A stretch of 64,000 nt of DNA from Sphyrna mokarran (Eukaryota), in the NCBI GenBank assembly GCA_024679065.1, contig JAGIQG010000038.1, positions 4,960,001 through 5,024,000 of the forward strand. The letters are read 5' to 3'. Position numbers and translations under genes: made by a program. This document shows positions 51,513-64,000 of the stretch, piece after piece; the first letter of the stretch is position 1, and each line of letters begins with the position of its first letter. The notes beneath the pieces are model-generated. The model had not been told where the DNA came from. It worked only from the letters and a program-made list of their open reading frames with translations, and did not search any database.

Positions 51513-52037
51513 CTATTAACAGGACAAAATATTTTTATGAAAGCAAAATACTGCAGATTCTGGAAATCTGAAATAAAAACAAAATGAGCTGGAAATACTA
51601 AAGTTGAGCAGCATCTGTGGAGAGAAACAGTTAATGTGTAAAATGTAACCTTTCATCAGAACAGGATATAACATCCCCTGTCCTGTTCTGACTGTGGTCT
51701 TTTCTATTTCATTGGTGATCAAATTAAAGATTTTTGAAATGATAATAGATCTCAGGGAATCACACCTGTGATATTGGATCATGGGGAAGCTCAAGTCATT
51801 AGAAGTTAAAGTCCATTATGGTAATGAACTGTCTTCATCGCTGTGATCGCTTGCATTTTGTAATGGTCTTGGTGTAGGATGTGTCTTCCCACTTTCAATG
51901 CCTGAAATAATTTGACACCAATTTTTTTTTAATATAGCCAAGCTTATGGGATGTTAGAATTTGTTTCATCATAAAATTACCCCTGTTGGAAATATTATAC
52001 TACTTCTATTCACAATTCCTATTTTTTTACCATCTAG

Positions 52038-54409
52038 ACAATCAGGAGTTGGTAGCCCACAAGGATTTCACCCAAGAAGCTTGCCAACTGCTCAGCAGCA
52101 ACAATGGCAGCAGCAGTTGGTGCAGAGACTTCCTGGACAGACTCGTTTTCAGCAACCTGAAGTTTTGCATGTTAGCAGGCCTGCAATGACCATGCAGGTG
52201 AACAGCACAGCTGGACTTAATCCTAGAATTGCCACTCAGATCACTTTTCAGAATGCACAGCAACAAATTGTGGCTTCACCAATTCCTGTGAGTCCTCAGT
52301 ATATAGAATTGAGACACAATTCCCAGCGCTTGCCCATTGCTGCCCAGTTGGCACAGCGAAATCCCCAATCAAGACCACGCCTTCCAATACCAAATCAAGA
52401 AATCAGCCCGTTTGTCCACCAAATGCAGGGATGCAAGGTGATGTCAAGAGGTCCAGGTACATCTTTGCCGCAGTCACCAGTTGGGATTACACTCTTGCCC
52501 CAGCAGAATATTTCCACTCCATTGCCATCTTCACCTCATTCAGTGGAAGTATCAAGTGCCCATCAGCATATTCAAACAAAAGAACCATTAAATTCCACTG
52601 TACAAGTTGAATCACAAGAGACATTTCAGACAACTTCGTCGACAACATCATCCACTTCTAGTTGCTGTTCAGATAGTTTGAAGGACAGCTCAGTATCCTT
52701 TCCACTTAACTCTGTCCCATCAATCTCCAGTGTAGTTACGGAGCATGCAGAGTTGGATCCTCGCAAGATTCCTTGTCATGACTCGGTAGAAAAAGCCTTA
52801 GATGAGGAACTTGATTCACCTAAAGAGCTAGATGAAGAAGATGACCTGGCCAATCTGAGTCTTGACCCAGACAGTAAGACAGATGATGAGCTTGGTAACC
52901 TTGATAACCTGGAAACCAATGACCCCCATCTGGATGATCTTCTGAAGTGTGAAGAATTTGATCTGTTGGCTTATACTGATCCTGAGCTAGACACCGGAGA
53001 TAAAAAAGACATTTTTACAGAGCAGCTGCGTTTAGTGGAATCTGCAAATGAAAAAGCAGAAGAGGGTCAGTGTATATTGACTGATCAGGGTGCTGTCGAC
53101 CCAGCAATTAAATGTACAAATGATAAAGTCAACAAATCTGATTTGGAAAAAACAGAAAAGGGAGAGGAGCGTGAAAAAGCAATGGCTAAATCAGATGTCA
53201 TTGCTGATGCTCTGTCCACTTCTGGTAGGGTTGTGTGTGAGACAGTGAATAACGTCAATTCAGAGACTAATACTGGCAGTCAGTGCAGTGATCCCATCAG
53301 CAGAGCCCCATCTACTGACAATTCTCCTAAACCTACTCTTGATTTAGTACTGAAGGTTGAAGAGAACATTTCCCAAAATTCAGCTTGCCAGTTTGTAGCA
53401 AATACGTCCAATGCACAGACAGTTTTGATAAAATCAGAAAGTCCACCAAAGGGGGATGATGAAAGGGGAGCAGTGTCGATGCTCCTCAGTATTGGAACTG
53501 GGCTCACTGTTAACACAAGTGTAGCACTGTGTCAGTCATCTACATGTGCTACCAGTGGAACACAAACTACTACTCAAAGTAGTACAATTGCCTCAAGTGG
53601 CCATCGAACTGTACGCATTCCCAGCAATGGGCATTCTAACCTAGATTTAGAAAGTATTCCCTGCGCATCTTCAGCTCAGATAGTGTCCAAGATGCCTCTG
53701 GCTGTCCAGTCTAGGCCGCCATTGGGTAAACTAGGACTAGATGAGATGTGCCATCATGTAGCCGGTATGGAGCCTAAACGTCGATCTGTGGATGACCTTG
53801 TCAAAGTAGAAAGTTCTTTGGAAGCAAGTGAGCTTCCACTACTTCTGCACGATTTACTTGAGCAAGAGAAAATGGAACTGCAGCAACAACAGCAATTGGG
53901 AGGATCACAGTGTGTACCTGCACAGCAACAGCATTCAGGACCAAAGGCCCTTCCAGTTCTGCAACAGCAGCAACAACTTGAGGTTTCACATCAGCAGAGT
54001 CATCCAGGACTTTCCCAACATCTTCCAACAACACAGCAATCTCAGCACCTTGAGGGGTCACCACAGAGTCTAAACCTGCCACAGCAACATATCTTGGGAG
54101 TGATACAGCATCATCACTTGGGAATCCCACGATCTCTTCCATCTTCGCCACAGCAACAGTTGACAGCATCGCAACAACGGCTTGGAGCCTCACCACATGT
54201 AGTCATGTCCCAACAGCAGCAGCATGTGGCAACAGGGCAACATCCACCGCAGCAGATAGTGGCTTCACAGCAGAGTCAACATATGACCTCACCGCAATTG
54301 CTGTCAACTCAGCAGTTAGCTGTATCGCAATTGGGCATCATGCAGCAGACACAGCAAGTTGTGATGCAACAGCAGCAACAATTAGCCAATGCTTTCTTCC
54401 CAGATACAG
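52038..54409 (+). CDS. kmt2d: KMT2D large exon (approx. exon 34) with acidic LxxLL segment and Gln-rich region, ending LANAFFPDT
   Basis: catctag| ... acag|gtatag; 2372 nt, phase 2-1; within ORF 51961..54441; NLETNDPHLDDLL...FDLLAYTDPELDTGDKKDIF...LRLVESANEKAE and VESSLEASELPLLL are KMT2D hallmarks. Confidence 0.96.
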
Positions 54410-56134
54410 GTATAGTAGGTGATGGGCAAATTTGCAGATAATATCGCGTTCTTGCTGGTTAACCAGTATCGGTTGCTGCACTAAATGATGCCTACCTGAA
54501 TTACAGGAATAGGAAGCTTCTTCCTGTTCCTGTAGTTCCAGTGGGCAGTAAAGATCCCACAGCACTGTGAAAGTAAATTTTCCATGCATCTTGGCCAACA
54601 TTACTCCTGTAAGCGGCACCAAAAAAACAAGAAATAACTAGGCATAGATTTCATGGCTGTTTATGGAATCTTGGTGTGCGCAAAATGTCTATCACATTTA
54701 CTATTGCTGTGCTTCAAAGCAATTCATTGTACGTGAAGTGCTTTGAGACATTTGAGATATGATAATACGCTGTATAAATGCAAGTCATTTTATGTTTGCA
54801 TTTTTCATTAATTTCAATTGTAGTCATGCATCATGTGGATTAAGATGGGATTTTGTATTCATTTTTAAAGGCAATTTTATGTTTCCACCATTGCAGTCCT
54901 GTTAACCCATTCGTTTCCTATAATTTATTCAAACTGCACTTGTGCTTTGCACTGCTGTTTAATCAAGTTTCACATCTGTTTTGGGGATGAAAATGATGAA
55001 ATTCAATAAGAATTTGAAGAAGTTAACATTAACAAATGGATGCGGCAGTTACAATCAGAACACTTCAGAAATAGAAAGAAAACTGTAAATGCTGGAAAAT
55101 ATACAAGGGGTCAGTTCGCATCAAAACCAGAACTGTATGTTCTTTTGGAGTAATTAGGACTAATTACTGAAAGTCAACAGGTTTAATGTTACGTTTATTC
55201 TGGACCCACTGCAGGTCAGTGAAAGTAATTAATTTTGGTCAATGTAAGTTTTTTTTCACTCCTCATCATCCGTACATTTTTGAGTATTGCCTATCTTGAT
55301 ATATTACGGGTAACAATGTGCTGTGTCTGCATGTGAAAAATGTTGTCATGGTGTTGCAGATAGGTGAAGCTGCATGTGATCTCCTTCTCTTGCAACTTAT
55401 GGACCCCCCACCCACCAAATATTTGTCACTGTATTGCTCATCCCCCAGCTAAAAGTTCTTTGTTCTTCATAACATATATTCTGTCAACAAAAATTTTGAG
55501 TAACCTTTTCTTCTGATCTAGATTCTTTTGATGAGACAGTGTTTTGTAATGTTAATTTAGCCTGTCCTTATTTTTGTATTGTCCTTTTCAGGACACTTAA
55601 GGTAGATGTATCAAGCTTTAAAACAAATTAAACTTGTGCTATTCTTTTCAAGTGCAACATACAAAAGAAAGTATTCTGATGTTCAGGTTGTTTTCATAGT
55701 AGGATTATTCACACATTGGACTTTAAAAAAAATCAACCAGTTTTAATATGAATGTTCCTTCTATAGCTGTAACCATCTTTATACCAGTTGATAGACTGGT
55801 TATTCCCATACAATGGAAGGGTAGTATGACCTCTTATAATCCGTATGATGATTGTGGGAATACCTATACCCACCAGACAAGAGTATCCTGCTGGATGTAT
55901 TCCCAGAATTCAGGAACTAGAATTTTCTAGAATTGGATGTGAACCTTGTGTCTTCTGATTGTGAGGCAGGAACACTATGATGAAACAAAAGGCTCTCTCT
56001 CTGTTCAGGTTATATGGTAACATCAGTGAGCAATTGAGTGCTCCTGCTGCCATGTATTGAGAGCAAATAAAGTATTTTCATTTACCCATGGTCATCCTTT
56101 ATCATTGGCTGGCAGTAAAGGCTGTGAATCAAAA

Positions 56135-56390
56135 TAAACTAAAGTTTTACAACACCAATTTTAAATCCAACCAATTTATTTGATAGTAAATCTGTGAGCT
56201 TTTGACGCTATGCGCCTTCGTCAGGCAAATGCAGTGTTCTGATCTGCAGAGGCACTCATATCCACACAGACAGTTACAGATTGCTGATTAGAATGCGAAT
56301 CCTTACATCTAACCTGCTATTCAAGTGTTAAAGTGGCTAACAATGTGTGTGAAGGGAATCCTGAGCATTGGTTAGAGAATTATGTATTTT
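56135..56390 (-). mobile_element. Penelope-type terminal repeat fragment carrying a hammerhead-like motif
   Basis: Minus strand reads CCTGACGAAGGCGCATAGCGTCAAAAGCTC...AAATAAATTGGTTGGATTTAAAATTGGTGTTGT. Confidence 0.55.
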
Positions 56391-58119
56391 CTCAATCAAA
56401 ATAAAGTCATAATTGTTCTATGTTACCATAGCTACAACAGTCTTTGAAATCTCTGCAAAATGCCTTGCACGTTTTTCAGATTTTTCTGTTCACTGAGTAA
56501 CATGACACAGCTTGAAGTGTGTGGGCAATGTATTTAAATGTGAGACCCTTTTACATTCTTTGTGTAGCCAGGTACACGTAGACTTTAAAGAGGCCTATTT
56601 GAGTGTGACCCATGTGCAAAGACTGGTTACCACACAAGTATACCTTTGAGAGAAAACCCAACAGCTGATACTATGAACAGAGTTTTTTTTTAGTTGAATT
56701 ACCTTGAAGATGGTGAACTGGAAAAAGAAAATGATAATCAAATAGATCCTCTTTTACAGACTCCACAATTCAGTACTTGAGAGAGACTGTTCTCTGTAGT
56801 ACTCCAGGCTATTATTGATGGTTAACCAGCTAGCTTCGTTTGTTAATGGGAATTGAGGATTGCCCTGTCATGGGAGGCTGTACTTGGCTCTTAATATCTC
56901 TGCACTACCCTAATGGTTAGAATGATTCTGCATGGACTAGGGGCAGGGAGCTTATCAATGCTGTATAATTTTAACTGGTTCAAGTCTGGCACTTGCTGTT
57001 GGAAATTCCTAAGCTTTCATTGTTGTCAACTGGATGCAAGCTCTCTGAACTTGAGTGGGATATGTTCCTATGGGGAGGATATGAGACCATATTAGTATAA
57101 ATTCTATCTTTGCTGCTGTTTGGGTTTTTTTGACTTGCTTTGGAGACTTAAGCACAGTGCTGGGTTTCCACATCAGATATTTTGCCAGCAAATTACAGTG
57201 GGTATGTTAAATCTGACACAAAATATACCTATAAGGAACAGTATTTGCCACGAGTCAGAACAGCACATTAAAACTCAGAACCCTAGTCAAGAATGCGCTG
57301 GCACCCATTGATTGTAAGAAGCTTTCATTTCTCAGTACAGATATCATTGGCACCAGGAGTATGATGTACAAGACATTAGTCGTACAAGACATTAGTCGCA
57401 CAAAACTGCAGTAAATAATGCATAAGCCCATCTTGAATGCGATATTTTCTGACTGCACCATTTTCACTCTTTATCCATTTAAGCCATGTCATTGAGGAAA
57501 CAGTGATTCAGGAGTATATCTGACACCATTCCCTCAACTTTATACTAGAGAACAGAGCATGCAGCATAATCAATTTAACTCTTTGAGTAAGACAATCAGT
57601 GAGTTGGCACGAGCCATAATCCCTCCACAACCCACTGGTCGACAGATAACTAGGAATCTGATTCTTCTGAAATGAAATGTAAAATGATAAACTGATCAGA
57701 CATGTTGAGCCAGTTACAAAAGCATTTGACACAAGTTGTCCAGTGCTTGACTCTACTGGTTTTAGGGTACTTGACGTTGGTTGGAGCCTTCGCTTTAGAT
57801 CTCATATAGTTCTATCATAGGTTCTTCATGGCTGCATTCTAACAGGGTACAATCAAAAAGGTCTTGACCATTGTCACCAAATGTACCAACATGATCTAAT
57901 TGGGTTAGAGGACAACCCATTGGGCAAAGCTTATTCAAGCAGTCGCTGAAACAGATGGCAGCATTTTATGTCCACTGCATCTGATTGAGGACCAAATGCA
58001 GACTGCTGCATTACAGGAAGAGGCAGCAATCTGCTGTGGTTTCAGCACCGAAATCTATGACTGGTTTATTGATCCACAAATTGGCATAACAATTGCTTGG
58101 TAGTACTGAATTTTATTAT

Positions 58120-59400
58120 TGCTAAAAAGAGACATGTTGCTAAAGCTTTTCATCTTCCACTTATCAACAAGCACAAGAATACCAAACTGCCACAATTTAT
58201 ACTACAAGAGAAAAGGATGCTGATTGGATGGCAAGTTGACTCTGGCCAAGATGTTGCCATGGGTAAAACAAGTGAAACTATAGGCTCCCCAAGCTCCCAG
58301 ATAATTCAAAAAAGCAGCACGTGTTCAACATAGTCCTTTTGGATGCAGAAAACCAGTCCCTATGTATAAATACATGTCACTTCTGGTAAGCGTAAATGGG
58401 CTATGTTATGAGCATGACTGATCATCTTAAATTGGTTGTTAACTATTAGCATACTCTGGATTGTTTAAAGTACTGCCCAATTGCAGGATTGCGTCTAACA
58501 ATAGATGATTTGTTTTGTGCAGTTTGGTGGAATCTGATTTGTATCCTGCCTATTTTATGCAACCAAAGGAACATGCCATTTGATTTGATCAGCCAATTGT
58601 ACAGCAAGTTACCTGGCATTGCTCTGGCACTGAAATCCATACACACCTTTGCTTAATTGTGTGGTAGGCAGACTTTTTATTTGAACCAACAACACCCTGT
58701 TAATAGAAAATACCACTCGTGCAGCCATTGCATAGTAGCAGCGTAAAGCAGCTTGCTTAACTTGTTCAATTTTTTTGAGAGGATTTGCCTTTCCATCTAA
58801 TTTGAGATAGGGCACTTTTCAGTTTTGGAAGTGGAAGTCTTTGATCCATTTGTTCACTGTATATTGTGCAAACCTGTAATGTTCTGATGAAGATAGCCAT
58901 TGACCCACAGGATAGATTTTTGATGTGCTCTATTTCTCTGTATGAGGCCAATCTTGCAGTGCATGGAGCTATACAAATCTCAATGTGTATATGTTGATCA
59001 GTGAAGGTAGGCTTCAGATACACAATAGTGGAGAAGCCATTAGTAGATTCCTCAACTAATACGTCAAAGAGAGGGAGCACATCAGACTATCCATTTCAAA
59101 AGTGGATATGTGTGTAAGGAAACTTACACGTGGTTGTAGATTCAAGCATTGTGAACCTATCATCTACATATTGGAAGGGTTGGTCATTCTGTCAAAAACA
59201 CACTTTGCGTTGAAACCCAACAAAAAAAATGTCTCGGCACTGAACCTGGAGGGGATTCCACAACTGTGCCATCTGTTTGGGCATTCATAGTGTCATTGAA
59301 ACTGAGCTCAATTGCTTGAGTTGCTAAGTTCATAAGTTCAACTAATACAAATTCAGAAAATGGTGGCATGTCTATATTGCTGTGATAATGACGCAGTGCA
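58120..59400 (-). mobile_element. Penelope-like element remnant (RT + GIY-YIG endonuclease)
   Basis: Minus-strand peptides ELMNLATQAIELSFNDTMNAQTDG, LPLFDVLVEESTNGFSTIVYLKPTFT, VYGFQCQSNAR (GIY-like), AIGQYF. Confidence 0.8.
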
Positions 59401-59459
59401 AATGTTGATGGCTTTTTTCAGCAGCCTGTTTGTAAATAAGCTTGCAATGCTTCTATGAT

Positions 59460-60297
59460 GCTCGAAGCGTAAACGTGTTTCCCAATGATTGGCTGATTGC
59501 AAAGGATTCAATAGGCAGGCTATTCAAAAGTTGTGCTTTCAAAACCCCTAAGCAAAACGTCTACTGTTAGATGTGATTCTGTGATTCGGCAGCACTTGGT
59601 GAACAGTCCTGAGTGCATTAATAGCTACGTTAACAACCAATTTAAGATCATCAGTGCAGCATGTAACATGGTTTCTTTACGCTGGCTAAAAGTGACATAC
59701 CTTCAGAGACAGGGACCTGTTCTCTGCAAACAAAAGGAATGTATTAAAGCCTTGTTCATTTTTAAAATTACCCAGAAGCTTGAGGAGCCTATAGTTCCCT
59801 GTTGCCGCCTTCATGGCAACACTTAGCCAATCAGAATCAAATTGACAACCAGTCAGCATCCTTTTCTCCTGTAGTTCTCCTGCTGCTTCACAGCTCCGGG
59901 GTCCTGGGTTCGATTCGCGGTCGGGTCACTGACTGTGTGGAGTTTGCACGTTCTCCTTGCGTCTGCTTGGTTCCTCTGGATACTCCGGTTTCCTCCCACA
60001 GTCCAAAGATGTGTGGGTTAGGTTGATTGGCCATGCTAAGAAATTGTCCCTTAGGATCTAGGGATGTATAGGTTAGAGGGATTAGTGGATGTAATATGTA
60101 GGGATATGGGGGTAGGGCTTGGTTAGTATTGTGTTCGGTGCAAACTTGATGGGCCGAAGGGCCTCTTTCTGCACTGTAGGGTTCTATGTTCTAGTATAGA
60201 TTGTTGCAATCATTTGAAATTTGACATTCTTGCATTTGACCTGGTGGGTGCAAGATGAAAAACTATCATTTGTGTGTCTGTCTCTCTCTCCAGCAAT
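59460..60297 (+). mobile_element. Second Penelope 3' part in the opposite orientation, interrupted by a V-SINE at about 59876-60193
   Basis: ORF 59533..59826 DSVIRQHLVNSPECINSY..QFKII...GPVLCKQKE; 3' sequence catggcaac...cagcatccttttctc is the reverse complement of 58208-58260. Confidence 0.75.
59876..60193 (+). mobile_element. V-SINE
   Basis: ggttcgattc B box, V-domain tgtgtggagtttgcacgttctcc, tail gttctatgttct; possible TSD tagt. Confidence 0.85.
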
Positions 60298-60312
60298 AGA
60301 ATTGGCATAACT

Positions 60313-60616
60313 AGAGTGACATGGTGGCATAGTGGTGCTGCCTCTCATGCCAGGTACCCGGGTTCAGTTCTGGCCTTGGGTGACTGTGGAGGTTGCACGT
60401 TCTCCCTGTGTCTGCATAGATTTCCTCCAGTGCTGCAGTTTTCTCCCATGCTCCAAAGATGTACAGATTACGTGAATTGGCCATGCTAGATTGCCCTTTC
60501 TGCCAAAGGGATTAACAGGGTAAATATATGGGGTTACGGGAATAGGGCCTTGGTGGAATTGTTGTCAGTGCAGATTTGACAGGCCGAATGACTTCGTTCT
60601 GCACTGTATGATTCTA
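60313..60616 (+). mobile_element. V-SINE (older copy)
   Basis: ggtggcatagtgg head, gttgcacgttctccctgtgtctgc V-domain, tail ctgcactgtatgattcta. Confidence 0.8.
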
Positions 60617-62029
60617 ACTGCAACTGGTGTCATTCCACTGGATGTGCTAACAGCAAATACCTCTTCTTGGCTGGCATCAGAGGTGTACTTCTGAAATTGT
60701 CCCATGGAGATTTTTGAGGTGTAGGTGGAATCTGATTTAACAGCAAAAGTTGACAGAACACGGTGACTAAGAAAAGGTAGATCCTTTCATTGAGCTCCCT
60801 TCCTGAACTGACAGGGTATAGAAACGCCCATTGTAGCTTCAACTGTTGCGTTGTGTCCAAGAGTGCTCTTCAACATCTGAATAGTATCCACGCCTGGGCA
60901 TCCTGCAGTGCATATGGGATGCATTCCTTTCGGAGCTACTTGCAGAAATTTCTGGCTTTATGAAGAGACATGGTTCTGAAATTATCGAGGAGAGTTACTC
61001 AATTTCAGAAGTACACTACTGATGCCAGGCAAGAAGAGACAAATGGCTTCCATTGTGGATTATGGCAAGAGTGTACCCCACTTAGGAGGGAGCAGTTGTC
61101 TTCTGCACATGTTTTAAATAGAACATAGAACATTACAGCGCAGAACAGGCCCTTCGGCCTTCAATGTTGCGCTGACCATTATAAAAAGCAATGACCCTCC
61201 AGTTTTAAACAAACCTTTAGTTTGTTTAAAACTAAACACCTGAACTTAATCGCAAAGTGCAGCATTGATTCCGAACACAAGCAACTTCAAGTGGCAAACT
61301 TAGCAGTATAGCACACTTCCCCACGTGTGTACTTGCAGTGCAATTCCATGAGCTTGGAGAATTTTTTTTTTCAAGTACCAACACCTGAGGTTTGACAGCA
61401 TAATTCTGTGCTAAATGCACACTTTGGATATCAACCATGAGCTATCCCAGCTACAACCGAAGTCGGAGCAAATGCTTTTAGGGAATTATATACAATTCAA
61501 CAGATTTTAAAGTATTTGTGGTTCTGATCATCCTCTTTTCAATGAGTCATGTTGGTTCAGATTTTTAAGACTATTGGCAACAACTATCATTACAGTTCCC
61601 AAAGCATGACTTTCAGTTGCACCCCTGGAGGGCAGAGCCTCTTGCCCAGCCAATAAAAGTGGATCAGGTTTTGACTCTCCCATGATCCCAGCAGCTCACT
61701 GCAATCCCTTTTTACTGTCATAGCGTGCAACACCCAACTGCATGAGAAACTGCTGGCAAGTGGTCAACAGAGCAGTGTATTTGGCTCTTCTAAGTTGTTC
61801 AAAATTAAGGCAATAAGACCAATTACGGAGGAGCAAAATAGTCTCTTTGGGATTGAGTTGGCTCCAGGATGATGTATGCTGCTGAACATCAAGAGACAAA
61901 GGTTGGGTTCCCTCCATTGGAGATGATTTGATGCCACTTATGTGGCATCAGTGTTACTGTTCAATTATCAGGCCAAGCCTGGATGATGTCCAGGTCTTGC
62001 TGCATAGTGGCAAAATAAAAGACAATGTT

Positions 62030-62870
62030 AAGTTGCAGAATTGAAGTGTGAATGGCAAATGAGTTTCAATATATATAAGCATGAAGTATTGCTTTTCAGC
62101 GCAAAGAATAAAGAGACTATCTACTTGAGGGGAAAATAATGTCTTAGAAGCGCAAAGTGATCTAGGGGCACAGATTCACAAATGATTAAAAGTAACAACA
62201 GTTAACAAGGCCTTGAGGGGGGAAAAAAGTGCAATCAAGGCACTGATTTCATTTGTACAGAAAGGGAATTTAACTACAAAATAATTAGGATTATCTTAGG
62301 GGCTTTAAAACAAAGGATGGCATGGACAAGTTGGGTTGAAGGGCATGTTTCCCTGCTGTAACCCTCTATGACTCTGAGATGTTAAGTCTCTGTTAGACCA
62401 CACTATTGCACTCAGACGTGGCCATCACCTTATAAGGCTGCAGACACACTGGAGACAGTAAAAGATACTGGAACTGAGGGTGTGACTATCAAAAAAGACC
62501 GAACAGGCGCAGGCTCTGTTCTCTAGAAAAGAGATGATCTTAAAATTACATATGGGTTTAATAGGGTAATGTTTAAGGAACATTAGGAATGAAGGAAATG
62601 TTTAAACTTGTGGGGAGTCCAAAACTATGGGCCAGGTCGATCACAATAATCTCTGATAAAGCCAAAAAGAAATTCAAGAGTGGTTAAAACCTGTAACTTG
62701 CGACCAAATAGCGTAATTGAGACAATAGCATTGTTACATTTAAGGAGAAGCTAGTTAAGTATTTGATGGGTAAAGGAATAAAAATATATGTATTTGGAGC
62801 GGGAGAGGTTCTTGTAGGGCATGAATATTGGCATATACCTGTTGGGCTAAATGGAATGTGCTGTAGATCT
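62030..62870 (+). mobile_element. Degraded CR1 3' fragment with a short nested tail
   Basis: gaatggcaaatgagtttcaat (WQMSFN), gttagaccacacta, ctgttctctagaaaagag. Confidence 0.6.
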
Positions 62871-63139
62871 TTAAGGAATTCTGTGTAATTCCAATGCAGT
62901 GTCGATGGTGATTGAGTACTGGAGTCGATAATTGTTTGAAGTCTGACTAACGTGTTGTATTTCAGGTATAGAGTATTTAACAGAGCAGTGCATAAGTTTT
63001 TGGAGGGGATGTTGGTGAGAAGAAGGAATGGTGGGAGTGTCAAAACAAACAATATGGGGGGAAATAAATTTCAGGCATTGCAAAAAGCTCTTGAAATGAG
63101 GAACTAGAAGTAGAATTTCAGGAATTGTTGCTCGCTATT

Positions 63140-63670
63140 GCTCAATCTGAAGATGACATCTCCTCAGTGTTGCACATTTCTGCCATGGCTCTTCAAGCGC
63201 GTGACCAAGCCAGTTCTTGAACTGCAGGTCTTTAGGCACATGGAGCATGACATTTTATGTGATAGCATGATCATGAGTGCAGTATTTGTATCCTTTATTT
63301 TGCTACTGCCCCTCTGCCTTATCATTAAGGAAGTGGGTTTCGAAGCATGCTGCAACTTGATGAACAATTCTGAATGATTGGTAGAAAGCTTCTCCTAGTC
63401 ATTAAGGTCAATTTCATTGCACTTCAAGAAGAATTCAGTGTCCTTGAAGTAGTATTTTCCCTCCCCTGGAACATTGATCGCTTGAAAGTAGAGAGAACAG
63501 GACCTGGTGGAGGAGATGTTCTTCAACAATCCGGACACAGTCCATCAAAGTTCATTTTGCAGGAGTTGTGCCTGAATGCATGTAAACCTGGCTTCAAGAA
63601 GAACACCAGCCTTTGTTCAGCAATCTCCCATTGAATTGAATGGTACTCTTAGAATTGCTTCCAGTGTCAT
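63140..63670 (-). mobile_element. RTE-clade LINE 3' remnant
   Basis: Minus-strand CSMCLKTCSSRTGLVTRLKSH resembles the RTE C-terminal zinc motif; upstream PGEGKYYFKDT resembles GG..KRFKDT. Confidence 0.6.
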
Positions 63671-64000
63671 GAGCTAATCAGTGCAGGAAAAGACGGTGAG
63701 GGAAAAAAAATAGTGGTTAGAGACATTTTGCAGAAAGGAGGAGTACAAATTCTTTGGGCAGAAGTGAGTTGCACTGGCAGACCAGCAGATAGTTGAATAG
63801 AAGCCAATGCCAATATACTCACCATGTGGTTAATTAGAACTGTGATGTCTAAATTAAAATGACGGGGAAAGTAAAAGCGGCAGAGTACAGTTTGCAGCTG
63901 GGAAGGCCAGTCAACTCTAGGTGTATAGTAGGTAGAGGAGTTGAGAGAAACAACTATTTGCAAACAGGGTATAAGCAAAAGAGTTTGGAAGGTAGAAAGG

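Noticed and set aside
1281-54409. Assignment to KMT2C (MLL3)
   Set aside because: Diagnostic residues (GDGLSYNQRS, STISPVLYAN, MESKD.QQLF, LRLVESANEKAE, EASELPLL) match KMT2D as I recall it, not KMT2C.
62966-63107. Possible next KMT2D exon after ttgtatttcag|
   Set aside because: Translation does not resemble the expected continuation (DLDKF..EDIIDPIAKAKM); the next exon apparently lies beyond the window.
159-63978. The many 60-130 aa ORFs in the track outside the listed exons
   Set aside because: Random intronic ORFs, antisense shadows of exons, or retroelement fragments; no independent gene is supported.

Overview
Eukaryotic (not prokaryotic) genomic DNA, most likely from a shark/elasmobranch, judged from HE1/V-type SINEs, abundant CR1 and L2 LINEs, Deu-type SINEs and Penelope remnants. 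The whole window lies inside one + strand gene, the H3K4 methyltransferase KMT2D (MLL4/MLL2). I traced 15 GT-AG exons whose phases chain in frame from 1281 to 54409; from memory they correspond to classical human exons ~20-34 (post-PHD linker, HMG box, Pro/Ser-rich exon, LxxLL/Q-rich exon). There is also one extra in-frame 48-nt candidate microexon at 30013-30060. The gene starts upstream and continues downstream of the window. Introns are mostly retroelement debris. Notable intronic items: a CpG-rich minisatellite with higher-order structure and polar CpG decay (12317-13627); a ~1.2 kb 16-mer array born from a CR1 motif (21445-22658); a tRNA-Arg-like + 5S rRNA-like cluster (40190-40600); several short-range duplications, two of which bracket in-frame exons; and Penelope-type pieces with decayed hammerhead-like motifs. 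No CRISPR array or prokaryote-type system is present, and I cannot support a new multi-gene system. Repeat-family names and homology statements are recognised from memory, not from searches.
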